A DNA stretch of 63,235 nucleotides, counting the filler, from Rozella allomycis CSF55 (taxonomy: Eukaryota), in assembly GCA_000442015.1 (NCBI GenBank). It is 9 parts of 9 records of this genome, joined end to end, with 100 filler letters (N's around TTAATTAATTAA, not from the genome) between each part and the next. Parts side by side here need not be neighbours in the genome. Positions count along the whole stretch, not along the records: positions 57,792 to 63,235 come from KE561098.1; 8 more parts are not named here. One strand, given 5' to 3'. The number at the start of each line of letters is the position of its first letter. Position 1 is the first letter of the stretch. The notes under the pieces are model-generated. The model had not been told where the DNA came from and ran no database searches. It saw only the letters and a program-made list of their open reading frames with translations. Both the position numbers and the translations under genes were made by a program. Shown in pieces: positions 62,481 through 63,235 of the stretch.

Positions 62481-63235
62481 ATGCAAAACAAAACACCACT
62501 CGTTAAACTTTTGGATCCCATCACCCAAAAAGTAAAGAAAGTTTCCCATCTTCAGTTTATGATGACTTGTAAAGGGCACAAAGTAAAATATTTCGCTGTG
62601 GAAGGTTCCGATCCTGATGACTACACCAACTGGTTTGTGTATGGTGTCGACCGACTCGATGAGCTCCGAACTGACTTAATCTACGTCCCACAAGTGATTG
62701 AAGAGGGTTTGAATGAAGATACGGTGATGGAAGAATTTCTTGCAGACAGGGCCGCACAACGAGCTTCAGCTTCAGCAATGTGGAACGGTCCATCGAGTTT
62801 TGGAACTTCATATTTGAGTGCATGGATCACATAAAAAGTTGTTGTGGAGCGTCTGTGCCTNGTAATTGTAAGACAAGGACAAGAAGAAATTAAAGTGGAA
62901 GAAGTTAATATAAAGAAGAAAAAGAAAAAGAAAAACAAGAAGAAATGTCAAGTTACTCAAGAAAACACATTGAATGATGTTGCTAAAGAAGAAAACCTTA
63001 CATTGAATGAAGTTGCTAAAGTTGTAGAAGAAAACGTCACATCAAATGAAGTTGCAGCTAAAGAAGGAAAAGTCACATTGAATGAAGTTGTAGAAGATAA
63101 AATTAACACTGTTCACGATGAAACTGACTTTGCTACTGCGCCAAAAATTTTAACAGATAGAAAGAGTTGTTTTCCAGAATTTCCAGACTCTATAATTAAA
63201 GAAACCAGGCGGAATGGGGTTGAAGTCGTTTCAGC
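62481..63235 (+). CDS. Hypothetical coding fragments; the distal part has 33-39 bp repeats encoding TLN(D/E)VAKEEN-like units
   Basis: 117-aa ORF, then after the N at 62861 a Lys/Glu-rich open frame with four ACAT(TG/CA)AATGA(A/T)GTTG units (62967-63100). Confidence 0.35.

Overview
Eukaryotic genomic DNA, not prokaryotic: AT-rich, gene-dense, with very short (about 26-32 nt) GT-AG introns. Those introns, the fungal-type housekeeping genes and a flagellar MORN3 gene point to a compact zoosporic early-diverging fungus (Rozella/Cryptomycota-like; this is inference). The window is a draft scaffold of 9 contigs joined by eight artificial 100-nt linkers (44 N + TTAATTAATTAA + 44 N), with many single-N joins, so adjacency across gaps is not reliable. 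Recognisable core genes: a DEAD-box helicase, MORN3, RNPS1, DCD1, ERG20, a UBA-ZnF-UBX protein, VID27, CCDC130/YJU2B, RXT3, ERD2, a Pop3/Rpp38-like gene, AOS1, BRL1/BRR6, a PAK/STE20 kinase (partial) and XRN1 (partial). Accessory content: hAT, non-LTR (RNase H) and Helitron remnants, three small dispersed repeat families, a Crinkler-like NTPase+REase effector, a signal-peptide AIG1/GIMAP GTPase, a head-to-head pair of paralogous multi-TM receptors and a ~1960-aa beta-rich membrane protein. The most striking item is a spliced class C (GABA-B-like) GPCR at 33319-36815 (-). Its ectodomain is two tandem bacterial-type sugar-ABC periplasmic binding domains plus an EGF module, and its cytoplasmic tail looks like a PH domain. 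All calls come from motif recognition by eye; no searches were run.
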